Below are positions 22,901-35,432 of a stretch of DNA of 64,000 nucleotides, piece after piece. The first letter of the stretch is position 1. Every line of letters starts with the position of its first letter. The stretch lies in assembly GCA_022813865.1 (NCBI GenBank), contig JALDZX010000036.1, positions 124,001 through 188,000 on the forward strand. Reading direction: 5' to 3'. The notes beneath the pieces were generated by a model. It made no database searches, was not told the DNA's origin, and saw only the letters and a program-made list of their open reading frames with translations. Source of the DNA: Xylographa opegraphella. Lineage: Eukaryota. A program made the position numbers and the translations under genes.

Positions 22901-23104
22901 CTTCTGCATATTGCACCCATCCTCCCGAGACCAGCGTGGAGAAGGGCCGTGCCTACCTGCGGTACTGCTCCGTCTGGTACCATGTCCGTACGACCTATGA
23001 AAAGATCCTTCTCTGGTAAGTGTTCTGAAACAATCCTGAGCATGCTGCCCATCCGTTGCGCCCACACGCCATCCTGCGACTCCTCATCTCACGCAGTTGA
23101 AACC

Positions 23105-23236
23105 CTACTCCCCCATGACATCCCCTTCTCCCGAGCCCATGGCTTGCACCACGCCTTTCCGACCCTGTACCTACCCCTCCATCACGTCCTCTCCTCCCGA
23201 GCCCATAGCCTGCACCACGCCCTCCAGATCCCGCAC
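23105..23236. repeat. 66-bp tandem duplication spanning the MIS12 C-terminus and stop codon
   Basis: 23171-23236 (VRDLEGVVQAMGSGGEDVMEG*) is followed on the minus strand by 23105-23170 (VQGRKGVVQAMGSGEGDVMGE*). Confidence 0.9.
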
Positions 23237-24267
23237 CTCCTCCCCAGCAACCGTCCTCCCAAGGTCCCTCTCTCCGCTCTCCTCTCCCACCCCGTTCTCA
23301 CTGACGACGCGTCGGACCACCCCGTCGATATACTCCCGCCTCTGCTCTTTCCCGCTGTCCCAATCCACCCTTTCGGCCGCCGACGGAAGCGAGGTAAGTT
23401 TCGGCCTCAACTCGGCCACGAGGGTGCGCAGAGCTGGGAGCTGAGAGGCGGTGAATTGCGCAGACGTGGACAATGGTTGAGACGGTGCGCCGGCCATGTG
23501 GGGAGCGAGGAAGGACAGCGGCGCAGGGTCTGGAGGAGAGGACTTGGCCTCATCTTCACCCTTGGCTTTGCTGGGGTGGCCGATCAGAGCATGTAGTTCC
23601 GAGAGGAGAGCGGTGTTGCAGGCGTGTTCGTGCTCGAGGGCGAGGTTGAGTTTGTTGGTTTCTTGGAGTTTGCGGCGGAGCGCGAGGACGGAGGCGGGAG
23701 TTGGAGCTGATGCAGGGAGGGGCAGTGTTAGGTCCTGTCGAACAATGCACGTTCGTCAGTACCTGATCCGTAACTCGAGAGCATATCTGCAATGCCAACA
23801 ACGGTGAGGAAATCAACATACACCGTAATGCGCCAGCCGCACCCAGGGCGTCAAGTCGTCCGGCACCGTCAGGATATTCCGCAATGTGTAGATCTCAAAC
23901 TTGTCGAACAATTTATCTACTGTCGCTTCCAATAATGTTTCGAGTTGGTGCACACCGTTCTCGATCTCGGCGCGCGCTTCCGGGAAATCGACATTCCTCT
24001 CACCGTCTGCGTCAGGAATTGAGATGTCGGGAGAAGGATCGTCGGCGAACCCGAGGGCTTGGGGAGGGGTCGATAGGAGGCCATTCTCGATGGCTTCGAC
24101 GGCACGGTATATGATCGCGTTGACCGTATTGATAATGTCGTCGATAAGGGACTTGACAAACGGATTAGCGGGTTGTACAGAAAGACGGCCTAGAGTTCTC
24201 ATACAAGAGGAGTGTAGCGGAAATGCTCCGTCAAAAGCGCATCAATCGAAGCCCGAGAGTCTGCCAT
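23171..24267 (-). CDS. MIS12: Kinetochore protein Mis12/Mtw1 (3 exons)
   Basis: MADSRASIDALLTEHFRYTPL|SLIDDIINTVN...EIENGVHQLETLLEATVDKLFDKFEIYTLRNILTVP is the Mis12 domain; the C-terminal exon ends at TAG 23171. Confidence 0.93.
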
Positions 24268-24835
24268 CGAAGGCAAGTAGACTTGGAGTGTGAGAAGCTG
24301 CACCCGACTCCGCGCATAGTTTCATCTAATACTCTCCACAGCCCGGGAGACGCGGTGTTTACAGTCGGGCAACGCACAATATTTTAGCCGGACCAAGGCC
24401 TGGACCTAGCCCTAGCGAAGCTCGGTTACAAGGTGCGAACGACAGCGTGCGGTCATCGTCCACAAATCAGAGAGCTGCCAGTCTTTGGCTTGTCTCAAGC
24501 CATGTGCTAGAGCTTCATTCGTGCAACAACTGCCGTTTGCTGCGATACGACAAAACTCAATCCACGGGTTTTACATGCTCCCGATGGAAGGTTCTCTGAT
24601 GCTTGTTTCTGGACCCCTGCGGTCCAGACAATACCTTGTGCCTAATCCAGTAATCATGTTATCCGGCTACAATCGTTGCCCTCAATTGCCGCGCTTTCCT
24701 CCAATTGCTCGGCGTCGTGTCGTCACAGCCAAAATATGACCGGAAGTCAACTTCTTGTGACCTTGATTCATTCGCAACTTGCACATATTGACCCGGGGAG
24801 CTCGGTTGAGGCTGCTCTTTACCTGGACACGCACA

Positions 24836-26780
24836 ATGCCTACTCTTGTAGACCACAGAGATATGCACGATGCCAAGTTCGAGGACAAGAAAGATAAGAC
24901 GGATATACCGCTCCAAGAATCAAATCATCCCGACGCTTATTTTGCTGAAGAAGTCAAGGGCTGGCACGGCTATGTAGAGTGGGAGAAATACCCCGAAAAG
25001 AAAAAGAAGGCTGCCGAGATCCTGACCAAGTATAAATTCGCTGAAGTACGCCCAATATCATTCTCCTGCCGCTTGAATTGCATCTGACTCTGTTCCTCAG
25101 GAGCCGGAGTTCCAGCTGAAGCCACTCCCGGACACGAACCCAAGACTAGAAGGCGTCCGGTGGAAGCAGTACCATGCGGCTCTTGGCCCTACACTGAAGG
25201 ATATCCCAGCAGAAAGCTGGGATATTGTGAAGGAGGAAAAGGCGGAAGATATGATACACGTTCTCGATTTTCCGTACAACGGAGAGCCTCCTAGGGTATA
25301 TACCGATGACGTCCCCACGGAAAGACAATCTAATTGGATAGGACCGACTCGTGGAAACTACGATCACTCGCAACGAAGACCATTTTGTTCGTAATCATGG
25401 CGGAATCCCAACATGCAGCGAGGAAGACTACTTCTTGGAAATTGGTGGCATGGTAAACAGCCCCAAGAGACTGACAATGAAGGATCTAAAGAACGAGAAT
25501 TTGTTTCCTCGCCAATCGAACATTGTGACAATTCAGTGTGCAGGGACACGGAGAATAGAACAAATCAATGAGTACCCTGGAGACGGAGATGAGCTGATCA
25601 ATGCTCCCGTGCGTAAGAATATGTCGGATTCGTTTTTCAGAACTAATTTTTGCTGCAGTGGGCCGAGGGTGCTATTGGAACAGCGAAATGGACGGGAGTC
25701 AGTTTGAAGAAAGTCATCAAATACTGCGGTGGTCTCAAGGAAGGCGCCAAGCATATAGAATTTATGGGGGTGGACACATACTTCAAGAAAGGTCATCTCT
25801 ACAACTACGTAGTGAGTGTACCTTGGCGGAAAGTCCAATGCCACGAAGTGATTCTGGCATGGGAGATGAACGGGAAGCCGCTTCCGAAGATTCATGGACA
25901 TCCTTTGCGAGCCGTAGTTTTCGGTTACATCGGAGCTAGGTGTGACTTACGACCTTCCATCATGTGTTTCAAGAGCCATTACTGAATACCCGCTGTTTAG
26001 ATCCGTCAAATGGCTCGGCCGTATCGACGCCATCGCGGATCCTTCCAACGCTCCTGTACAGAAAAAGGAATATCTCTACTACACACCGCAGACGGGCAAG
26101 CACAACGCCACATACTCCTCAGGCTTCAGTATCCAAGACATGCCAGTTTCGTCAGCCATCATGGGTCCCGTGGAGAAGTCTGTCATTGTTCACGATGGCT
26201 CCATCAAAATGAATGGCTGGGCCTACTCCGGTGGCGGACACTGGCCCGAACGTGTGGAGGTCAGCGTCGACGGAGGGAACATATGGTACGAAACGCCGTA
26301 CGAGCAGCTTAGTGAGAAATACTTCTACGCGTGGCGGACCTGGGCGATAGACGTCCCCTGCGATGCGGAAGGCTGGATCGAGTTGGTTTGCCGCTGCTGG
26401 GATGTAAGTCCGCAGAAACCACCATTACACACTGTCCTAATTCGCTAATCAAAACCCCATCACCCAGAACGCACTCAACACACAACCTACATTCATCCGA
26501 TCAGCCTGGAACTGGTACTCCAGACCTTCCCCCATAAAACATAAAAATCCCCAGTCACTAACACCGCACCAGGGATCTGCACGTCACCTCCTCCTGCCAC
26601 CGCGTCAAAGTGTACAGCGTCAACAAAACCAAGCCCGCCACCATGAAGCGCCTCAAGGCCCTCGAGGAAAAGGGCCTCAGCCTCCTCCCCATCACGAAGC
26701 CGCTGCCCATCGACCTCGAAGGCGACGACGACTACGATCTCGAAATCCAGCGCCGGCACGGCAGAGATCCCGTGGAGTGA
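24836..26780 (+). CDS. Sulfite oxidase-family molybdopterin oxidoreductase (no obvious cytochrome b5 domain; multi-exon)
   Basis: HFVRNHGGIP; Mo-ligand QCAGTRR; EMNGKPLPKIHGHPLRAVVFGYIGAR|SVKWL; dimerization-domain GWAYSGGGHWPERVEVSVDGG, CRCWD|NALNTQP. Confidence 0.93.
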
Positions 26781-27455
26781 TCGACGGAAGGTGCCGCTGA
26801 TGGACTTACGGGCCCTTTCTCGGGTGATTGCGCCGCACCCACGGCCGGCATGCAAGGCGAAGTAGGGGAAGGGGAATATCAAAGCGACTTAGCACGTGAA
26901 CATGAACGCGTACCCGTCTCCTGCATGGTAGCGTATATACTCTCGACGTATAATCTCCTCCACCGTCACCCGATGTGCTGTAACTAGTCTAAAGCCCAGT
27001 CCCGTTGAAAAGTCCTGCTTCCTAGCCCAGAGCCCAACCGCATCGTCCTCCCAACCCCGACCAAGCGATCAGCCTCGCACAAAAACAAAGCGTAGAATCC
27101 GGAAAAAGGGACAAAGAAAGGATGTATAGTCTAGAATACATTCGAGCCTGATGTCGCATGTAGTCCCCAATCTCTGCTCGTGCCCCGACACACAGGTAGC
27201 AGGCTCACGTAGCATGCATGGGTCAAGATAATCCATCCACGTAGCCAGATGAGAGAAGAAGTACGCGGGCGAAGCATGGGAACATGAATCATCTACAGAG
27301 GCTCGTCGTATCTGTTAGGTATGATTCCATGCACAGGTCACAGCAACAGTGCAGAGCAGCGACCTTTCAAAAGGGGAGATGATTCAAATTCGACCTATCA
27401 ATCTAATCTACAGTACATGTTGGCCGTTCCGCCATGCTCGTCGCCGTTCTGGGCG

Positions 27456-28888
27456 CTACGCATCGCCGCGCTTCCCCTTCATCCATGCCTTGAACCGGCA
27501 CCAACGGCCGTGCTTTTTGGCCCCGAAGGGCGGAGGAGGGGGCGGGGGAGGAGGTGGGGGAGGGGTGGGAGCGGAGGGTGCCGGTAGAAGCGTAGCCGCC
27601 AACAAGCCATACTCGACGAGGTTGAGCCTTAGAACCTCAGCAGCCTCATCGGAGCCGACCGACGCCATCGTGCTTGTATGCAGTTGACTTCTGGCACGAG
27701 CGATACGAAGAGGTGCGGCGACTGCGATCTTGGAGCTCCGGCCTGTGGACTTTCGACGAACGATGCTTGTGCCCACGAGATTTGATTCGGCCACTTGATT
27801 GCTGATGAATCGGGTGCTGAGGGCCGTTTTGCCGTGTTCTGTGATGCGTGGCAGGGATGTCGCTCGGCGAGGAAGGTATGCTGCGCGGAGGGCTGGCAGC
27901 TCGAGCGAGACTGATCGTCCAAGGGTCGAGACTGTCGGCGACTCGCGATTGCCGAGGTAGCGGGGAAGGCGTGGCGGGAGGGAGGTGGAGCGGGAGGACG
28001 AGACGGAGAGGCTGCTGAGTCTTCTCGTGATTTGAATGGAGCCACTCGATGCGATGGACCGTAGGGACGGCCGTCGATATGCGCTCGACGCTTCAGGAGA
28101 AGAGGTTGGCTACAGAGGAGAACATTAGCAAAAGAGCGAATCAGCTGGATGAAATCTCTGCATACCAACTGCACTTGATGCGGAAGACTTAGACGATGGT
28201 CGAAAGCGAAGTCTCTGATCTTGATAGCCTATACAATTTAGTAGAGTTGAGACTGCGGCAGTGGTATGCTTACGCTATGTTGAGAAGAAGTCTGCGGTAG
28301 TACCAGCTTTACAGGATGTTCATTTATATCAAAAAGCTGAGATTCTCCACGGTCTTCAGATATAGAATTGAAAGATTCGATCGATGACGGCTTAGGCAAC
28401 CCGTCCGTTGTATTCTTGAGAACGGGATCAGACTGGACTAAGCTGCTCAAAGACGGCTTAGATGATAAGTTGGTTGTATTTGTGAGACGAGGATCAGACT
28501 GGACAAAGGTGCTAGAAGGCGGCTTGGATAACAAATCGGTTGTAATGGTGGGAAGAGAATCAGTCTGGTTGATGTTGCTCAGAGATGGATTAAACAGAGA
28601 GTCCGGTGTGTTCGTGAGAATAGGTTCAGACTGGACCAGATCACTTGTAGATGGCTTGGACAACGAGACCGGTGTGATCGTTAGACGAGAATCAGCGTGG
28701 ACTAAGACGCTGGAAGCCGGCTTAGACAACAAGTTTCGTGTATTCGTGGAAAATGGTTCAGATTGGACCAGGTTGCTCGAAGAGTCAGGCGACTGTTCCA
28801 AAAGAGATGCACCGTGACTCCTTGCAGACTGTCTTATGGATAACGTCGGAAGCGGTGACTCGTTCTCATATTTCTGCGTGAATTCCAT
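27456..28888 (-). CDS. Hypothetical Ser/Pro-rich protein (~443 aa, 3 exons) with six 22-aa tandem repeats and a poly-Pro/basic C-terminus
   Basis: Exons 28888-28274, 28228-28166 (AIKIRDFAFDHRLSLPHQVQL) and 28109-27456 are joined by phase-0 introns GTAAGC..TAG and GTATGC..GCTAAT..TAG. No family recognised; the start is uncertain. Confidence 0.55.
28385..28785 (-). repeat. Diverged 66-bp coding tandem repeat (~6 copies)
   Basis: Units such as SSNLVQSEPFSTNTRNLLSKPA / TSDLVQSEPILTNTPDSLFNPS / SSTFVQSDPRLTNTTNLSSKPS / LSSLVQSDPVLKNTTDGLPKPS; recurring TCAGACTGGAC on the + strand. Confidence 0.85.
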
Positions 28889-31130
28889 TGCTGGGTAATC
28901 GAGCGTGATTACCGCAACGGGACGCAGCAAACGACAGAGCTAGCACATTCACAGATCAGGAGTTCCGGACCCTTCTATCTGAGGAACGTGACGGCTACTC
29001 AACTGGCGGGAAAGGCTCTGATGACCACTACCAGCAATCTCACAACGTGATAGCAAAGTAAAGGTCAAAAATCGCATCCGTTATCCACTGGCTGTCTCCG
29101 GAACAAATATTGACACTGTGTATCCAAGTTATGGTCAAGAGTCTCAGACTTTGTTCGCTGGATGTCTTTCGAACAAGTGGTCGGTATCGTTTTTGGCTAG
29201 AACTGAGTGCCAGCAAAGAAGAGGTAGGGAAGTGAGATACTGGAATGAAGGCGAATTCTATGGCAGATAGTTACGAATTTCAAGCAGCTTGGATCCTCGA
29301 ATCAAAGTCCGTTATGTTTTGTCTCTGGCGTAGAAGGTGGTCTGACGAGCTGATAACAGAATAGACTTCCCTCGATCCGTTGCACTGTTTGAAACTTAGA
29401 GAGCACTTCGAAGGCCTTCAACTACGCCAATATGAAGCCAATGTGTATCTCGCTTTGATGAATTCAAGCAGAGTCTGATAAGTTCGGTCCAGAGATCTAT
29501 CGAAAGCAAGAATAGATGTGAAGTTGAAGCTTCGGACCGCAGCACTGAGGTCTTATCTGAATATGAAAGATCGAGTTGTTTGTGAACCTTCAAGGTTGTG
29601 CAAAGTGGCTAACGGTTTGGCCTTCGGCGTTTGTGACCGACATGAATCAATTTTCAGTTCGAATTCGAAAGTAAGAGCAGATAGCTAACTCGACTCCGCA
29701 GACTATCAATCCTTATTCTTCTTGATAGAACTATCCAACTGTTAGCGGAGGCCATGCACACAATGAGTAGAAGGTGGACCGTGCGTACTTGCAAGAAAGC
29801 ACCACTGGGGCTAACTGATGGATATATAGCCTAAGGAAATAAGGATGTTCCCTCTTAGGGCCCGAGCATTGGGCCTTTTGGAAGAATGGTAAGATATGTA
29901 GGACTCTCGCCAAGATAAGACAACCCAAAAGTCAGAAAAAGCGGGATTTTTGTCCTTTCAGCGGTCGACCATGGAAGACGTTGGCAGCGAGAGAGACGTG
30001 ACATTCAAAGACAGCTGAGGAATTGCCGGAATGAAGCACAACAAAGCGGATGAAGCAGACTCACGGGAAGAAAGTCATGGAAAAGTGCCGTTTATGAAGA
30101 ATAAGAAGAGAGAGCCACGTCGGCGGAAGTGAATAAGTAGTGCGGACACCCATGCAAAGAGGAAGGAACGAAACACCAATACGTGACATCAGAGAGAGAT
30201 TCACAAACTGCAGCCGCTACCACGGAGGAGTCATGAGGGACCGGTAGCCATGGCTAAGAGAGATAACAAAGGCATAAAACCAACTTCAGCTGGAGCGGCC
30301 TGAAGTTGACGGCCTCTCTGAGTTTTCTGTACAATCCATATCGCCCGTTCGTCCTCCTTGAAACTCTGCGCTGATTCAGTGAGGTATGCCGAATCTAAGC
30401 TAACAGCAACCCAGATCTCCATACCACACTCGACCCAGACCTATTTGAGATAAAAGACTTGAAATGAAAAGATTGTGTGCTTAACGACTACGTAGTTCTT
30501 CTCTGAATAGTCCCCTCATAGCTTCAATCTAGCGAATCTCTGCCCACTTCGTGAGCAGGCGGGGGAAGACGTCAATTCCCAAGTCGTCAAGTTGCCGAAC
30601 AGTTCTAAGCAGGATTCGAAATTATTCCGTGATATATCGAGGTTTTTGATGAATACTATAGCTCAGAACAGACCTTAATAACGTCGTGCCGTGCATCAGG
30701 TACTAATAAGTGAACAGCGCTGCGAGAGAAGACAACAAAGTCGGACTACTGTTGATAAGTCCATCGTTTCAGTGAGATGCAAACTTTAGCATGGAGAAGT
30801 TGAGATTATGGACAAGATACTGGAGGTTCAGCCTTAACCGCACCTGGTGTGACGATGGTGGTACGTGCTCGAGTTTGCTTCTTGGGAAGTAGCTGGCATC
30901 ACGAATTCACAGTCTATGGAATCTTCCATCGTGAGTGTTGATCGTCACAGTCTAACTCTACGATCGTCATGAGTGCTGCATCAGATCGTGAGTCGGAAGG
31001 CTCTTTACTGTGTATATCTTGAGCTATATGTGGCAATCCACGCACTTAGTGAACAACAGCTAGGAATATCGAACTATTACAAGGCGATTTTAATTCTATT
31101 GCACTGCCTACCTCATAAATAGTCATAATC

Positions 31131-32367
31131 ATGTCTGAACCATTAGATCGAGGCATGGCGGAGGATGAAGAAGCCTACGTCTCCTCCGAAGACGAGGACT
31201 TCGATCCATCTGCCGTGCACGCTGATGAGAATGTGTCAAGCTCGTCTGAAGACGAGGCAGCAGATATTCCGACCTTCCCCAAGCCCGATTACAAACGTCC
31301 AACGAAGCACAAACGAAGGAAGAAGGGGGAGGAAGCTGAAGATCTAGGGTTCGAAAACTCAGGTGATGAGGCAACCATTAAGAAGGGATCGAAGAGGAAG
31401 CGGAAAGGTGAGCTTGGGGATGATGATAGCGGAGGGGAAGGAGGGTTTGTCAAGACACGGAGCATGAGGGCTATTGTGTGAGTGAGTTCTTGCATTTATT
31501 TGGCAGGGACTATACCAGAATCTGGACCGGTTATGGTTAGCTGATTGGGGACACAGCGAGCAGGAGAAGAAGAAACCACTCGCTCATGCCGAAGGAGCTA
31601 CGATAGACGTCGAGGCTTTGTGGAAGAGCATGAATCTTGGGGAAACGCTTCCTTTCATAGTCCCTCCTGAGTCCGATATACCTATACCAAAATCTCCCGC
31701 GACTATCGCGGCCGTCATGCCGGGGGGTACCGATGAAGCAGCTACTAGACCTGGCGGAGAAATTTCTGTGGCGGAGAACCAGCATAAAGATCTCATTACC
31801 ATTCCATATCCTCGTATGGTCGGAGGTACCCTTACGCAAGTGTTCAAAACAGTCCCAAGAACTTCGGAAGAAGCAATAGTATACCTTCAAAGATACTCGA
31901 ATGCCGCTCCTGTTCCACGCTCTGTTCCCCACCGGCGTGTTTCGAAGTGGGATCCCAATCCCAATGGCACCATCCGTGGTCTCCCCTCTGATGTTGTCCA
32001 GACTGGGGAAAAGCTCATTCTTCTCGACGTGCACCAGGGAGAACGCCTCAAGTCAATCAATAAATCACATCTTTCTGACTGGCCTGCGCCCGTCGATGTA
32101 CCCACAACAAGGGAATACAATTGGCGCAAGCCGCAAGTCGTCAGTGGGACAGTGAAGAAGTGGAAAGTGGTGGTACCGAAGGAACAGAAGATGAATGTGG
32201 TGAACAAGTCGAAATTGGACTGGGAAGCTCATGTGGAGCAGGAGGGAGATCGGGAAGAGTTGGTGCAGGCAGCGAAGGCGAAGGGAGCATACCTGGATAG
32301 GGTTGACTTCTTGGGAAGAACCGAGATCAACCGGGAGGAAGAACTAAGAATCGCAAGGATGAAGTGA
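31131..32367 (+). CDS. SWC5: SWR1-complex subunit Swc5 (BCNT domain), 2 exons
   Basis: Acidic N-terminus YVSSEDEDFDP, DLGFENSGDEATI, GGEGGFVKTRSMR; C-terminal BCNT KMNVVNKSKLDWEAHVEQEGDREEL..AKAKGAYLDRVDFLGR. Confidence 0.92.
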
Positions 32368-33587
32368 CATGACGGCGTTGGACAGTGATCGTGTGATTGT
32401 CGGGCGATACCCAATCGTGTGGCGGAGGTCCTCAGGGTATCTCACACTGATCGTTTGTCCTTCGTATACGGATAGCAGACCTGGCCTGTTGAGGCAGTGC
32501 AAGCAGTCTCATCTGAATTGCATGCTGATACAATCATTCGAGAAAGCCGGCGGCCACTGGGAGGACTCCGGGAATCGGCATTGGGTATCCAATAGAACTC
32601 ATCCCAGCCGTTCAACATCGCGAAGTTCCGAGTTGCATCATCAACCAATCACATAATCCTCAACTCTCAGATACAACAATCACAGTTAGCTAGAGCTCAA
32701 GTGGTCAACCTTGGACTCTCGTATTGGTAATTCCACACTTCTGCCAACGGAAGCTTGTGGAAGGCGCCGCATAGTGATTACAGCGCCTAACCACTTGAGT
32801 CAAAGAGGCGGGTGTCAAAGACTAGTAGAGACTTTCTGGAAGAGTCTGACAGCAATGGATGACCAGGCAGCCAGCCTCTCAGTTAAATGGGGGTGACTGT
32901 CTTTCCTCAGCTGGCTTCGAACAGCGTGGAAATCATAGGGAGGCATATCGACGTCTTGGCAATAATACGCCCCACGCTACTGGCTGGCGAGGCGCTTCGA
33001 CCGAAGACGGTTAGTAGCGGCATGGCGCAGCCGCAACGTTGACGTCTGTGGAACGTGAAGGAGGCACACGAAAGGTCTCTGTCCCTCCACCGCAGCTGTC
33101 TCCAATTACAGCATGTATTGATTGATGCGATCACAGTGCAGACTAGCCCCGTTAAAGCCCATCCACCGCCATCTGCGGACATTGAGTCATCAAGGCGCCG
33201 GCTCGAGGAGAGCTTCCCCGGTCCGCCGCTTGAGACGCCAAATGCTACGCGAGGCTCAGCGCCGAACATTCTGCCTCCCTTCTACGCCAGGCCAGACACC
33301 GCCTCAAACTCCATCACTACTGGTGTCATGAGCAATTTTGCAGAGGGGGATGGCCCAAGATGCGGCCAGGCTCCTCAGGTTCGATATATACGTCGAGTAT
33401 GCCTCCTGTTGTGCGATTCGATCGGAATAACCGATTCAGTCTCTCTGTAAACTCTTCCCGTTCTCCACAATACACGCAATCAGACTTACCTTCAGCCTTG
33501 TACGCCTATCGATCGTTGCCATCGCGACCCTAGGTTTCTTTAGGTAATATCCGCGAAGCCTCCTCGGAGTTGGGAGGTCTCTCCGCT

Positions 33588-35432
33588 ATGGCTGCGACGG
33601 ACGCTATGATTGTTGCTCCCCACGCTGCAGCGGAAGACTATCCTGCCGTTCAAGACGATACTGTTCACGATCTTGTCTACCATGGCAGCTGCAGACGTTG
33701 CAACCATCTACATCAAGCACGAGTCATCCACGTGCCTAGGAACGCGGAAATTTATACCTCTTACGCTTGCGATGCATGCGGCTTATCGATATTCGGTTTC
33801 GGGCGAACCTCTCCTCGAGAGTCTTTAGTCTCACTGATGACAACTTCAAGCTGGCAGTCACGCAGAGACAGTGATCAGGATCTAGCGAGACTCCATCCTT
33901 GCACCGACGATCCAGCGCAAATTGGCCCTTCAGAGAGGCTAGTGGATCCCCCAATCGATCCAAGCAGAGTTACTCGGCACGGGCGTGGCCAAGGCCCGAG
34001 TGTAGCTTCCTCGAGCCGAACGAGACTTTCAGCAAGTGAGACACAGCCGTCTCGCAACCTCGCTACGGTCGATCTCCTACCCGTCCCAGCACCATCACTC
34101 CCGACGCACGCTGTATCACAAGCTCCAACATTAACAAGCGACCCTGAAGGCTCTTACGAGCACGACTCTTCCATCCGGGATCTCTCGCAACCTGGGCCAA
34201 CTTCTCCGGTGAGGAAAATGATCAATCATTTTCGCGATGTCCGGCGAAGAATCCCGTGGCGTAGTTTAAGATCTCGTGAACGAAGTCACCGCGGAACGAA
34301 CCAGCCGGCTATAGGACGCTTGGTCAGGCATGTTGGTACCATGACTGATGAGGTACTTTTTTCTGACCGTCCTGCGGAGGCTATCGCGGTTCCTCATGGC
34401 ATTGACGAATCTGTGGCACCTCAGTCGGCTGTGATTGATGCTCAGTCTGGAACCCCTGGTGTAGTAGAGCATACGCAACCCGATGAGGTTATAGAAGAAC
34501 ACGCAGACCAACATGCTTCAAAACGAGAAAGACTGGATGTGAAACGACGGCAGACAACGCTACACCGGAAGGCGCTTCAACAGCCGCGCTGCCTATGCGG
34601 TGACGGGTGCCAGTGTATGGGGTCGAAGAGGACCACTGTTGCAGGGTCTCTGACATCAAGACGTAGATCTATTGTGCCTACGCATCCGTTCGAACATCTA
34701 CTGTTCCACGAATCTGAAACATCCTCCTCCTCAATACAAGAGGCCCCTCCGCATCAACATAGCCAGGAGAGACATGTGGCTTTCACGGGAGCTGGTCTGG
34801 ACAATACCCATCCAACAGGCCAAGGCCCAGCTGTTGAGAGGCTGTTGGGCGAAGAGTTCCGCTTCAGCCGCCAGAGCACATCGACCAGTGCAACTCATGA
34901 CAGCCAAGCCACGACGGCTATCAACAGCAGCAGCTCTGGAGATCGAAGCAGTCGGCAGTACAGTACTCGAGCCAACAGTCTGCCCTTGCAACCATTCGTC
35001 GAGTTGCTCAATCAATACCTCGAACAATCTCGACCGGAAGTGGTGGCGGCCCTCCGTAACTTTCATGCGGTACATCCACCAGAACGCGTCTTGGCATTAT
35101 CGGAGACGGCTTCGGTCCGAGACGGTCACAGTCGTACGGCCAGCCCCTCGGGAGGCCTGGTTGATCGTCCGTCGACTCCACAACGCGCCAGCACGATCAG
35201 CCTGTCGCATCTACCGGATCCGAGTGACGAGCAGGAAGGTCGTGCGTCCGAAGACAATAGTGCTCAGACCTCTGGTGCTCCGACGATCATACGTGCAGGT
35301 GAGAGCTCGCAGATGACACCAACGGCACAAAACCATGATCAAGGTCCGCCAGCACCTCCGGAGCAGCAAGTGAGCCCGGATGCGTTGGCTAGTGAAATCG
35401 AACGGCTGGCATCGTCGTCTACGGAAACGTGA
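33588..35432 (+). CDS. Hypothetical, largely disordered protein with an N-terminal CxxC..CxxC Zn-ribbon-like motif and an internal CxCxxxCxC motif
   Basis: 614-codon intronless ORF from the first ATG; GSCRRCNHLH...YACDACGLSIFGFGRTS; CLCGDGCQC. Confidence 0.7.
   Translation: MAATDAMIVAPHAAAEDYPAVQDDTVHDLVYHGSCRRCNHLHQARVIHVPRNAEIYTSYACDACGLSIFGFGRTSPRESLVSLMTTSSWQSRRDSDQDLARLHPCTDDPAQIGPSERLVDPPIDPSRVTRHGRGQGPSVASSSRTRLSASETQPSRNLATVDLLPVPAPSLPTHAVSQAPTLTSDPEGSYEHDSSIRDLSQPGPTSPVRKMINHFRDVRRRIPWRSLRSRERSHRGTNQPAIGRLVRHVGTMTDEVLFSDRPAEAIAVPHGIDESVAPQSAVIDAQSGTPGVVEHTQPDEVIEEHADQHASKRERLDVKRRQTTLHRKALQQPRCLCGDGCQCMGSKRTTVAGSLTSRRRSIVPTHPFEHLLFHESETSSSSIQEAPPHQHSQERHVAFTGAGLDNTHPTGQGPAVERLLGEEFRFSRQSTSTSATHDSQATTAINSSSSGDRSSRQYSTRANSLPLQPFVELLNQYLEQSRPEVVAALRNFHAVHPPERVLALSETASVRDGHSRTASPSGGLVDRPSTPQRASTISLSHLPDPSDEQEGRASEDNSAQTSGAPTIIRAGESSQMTPTAQNHDQGPPAPPEQQVSPDALASEIERLASSSTET

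Noticed and set aside
28368..28817. 149-aa plus-strand repeat ORF
   Set aside because: Antisense of the 66-bp coding repeat; the minus strand has the splice signals and the ATG.
28950..31100. 2-kb intergenic region checked for transposon remnants or ncRNA
   Set aside because: No TIRs/LTRs, transposase/RT motifs or recognisable RNA gene were seen.
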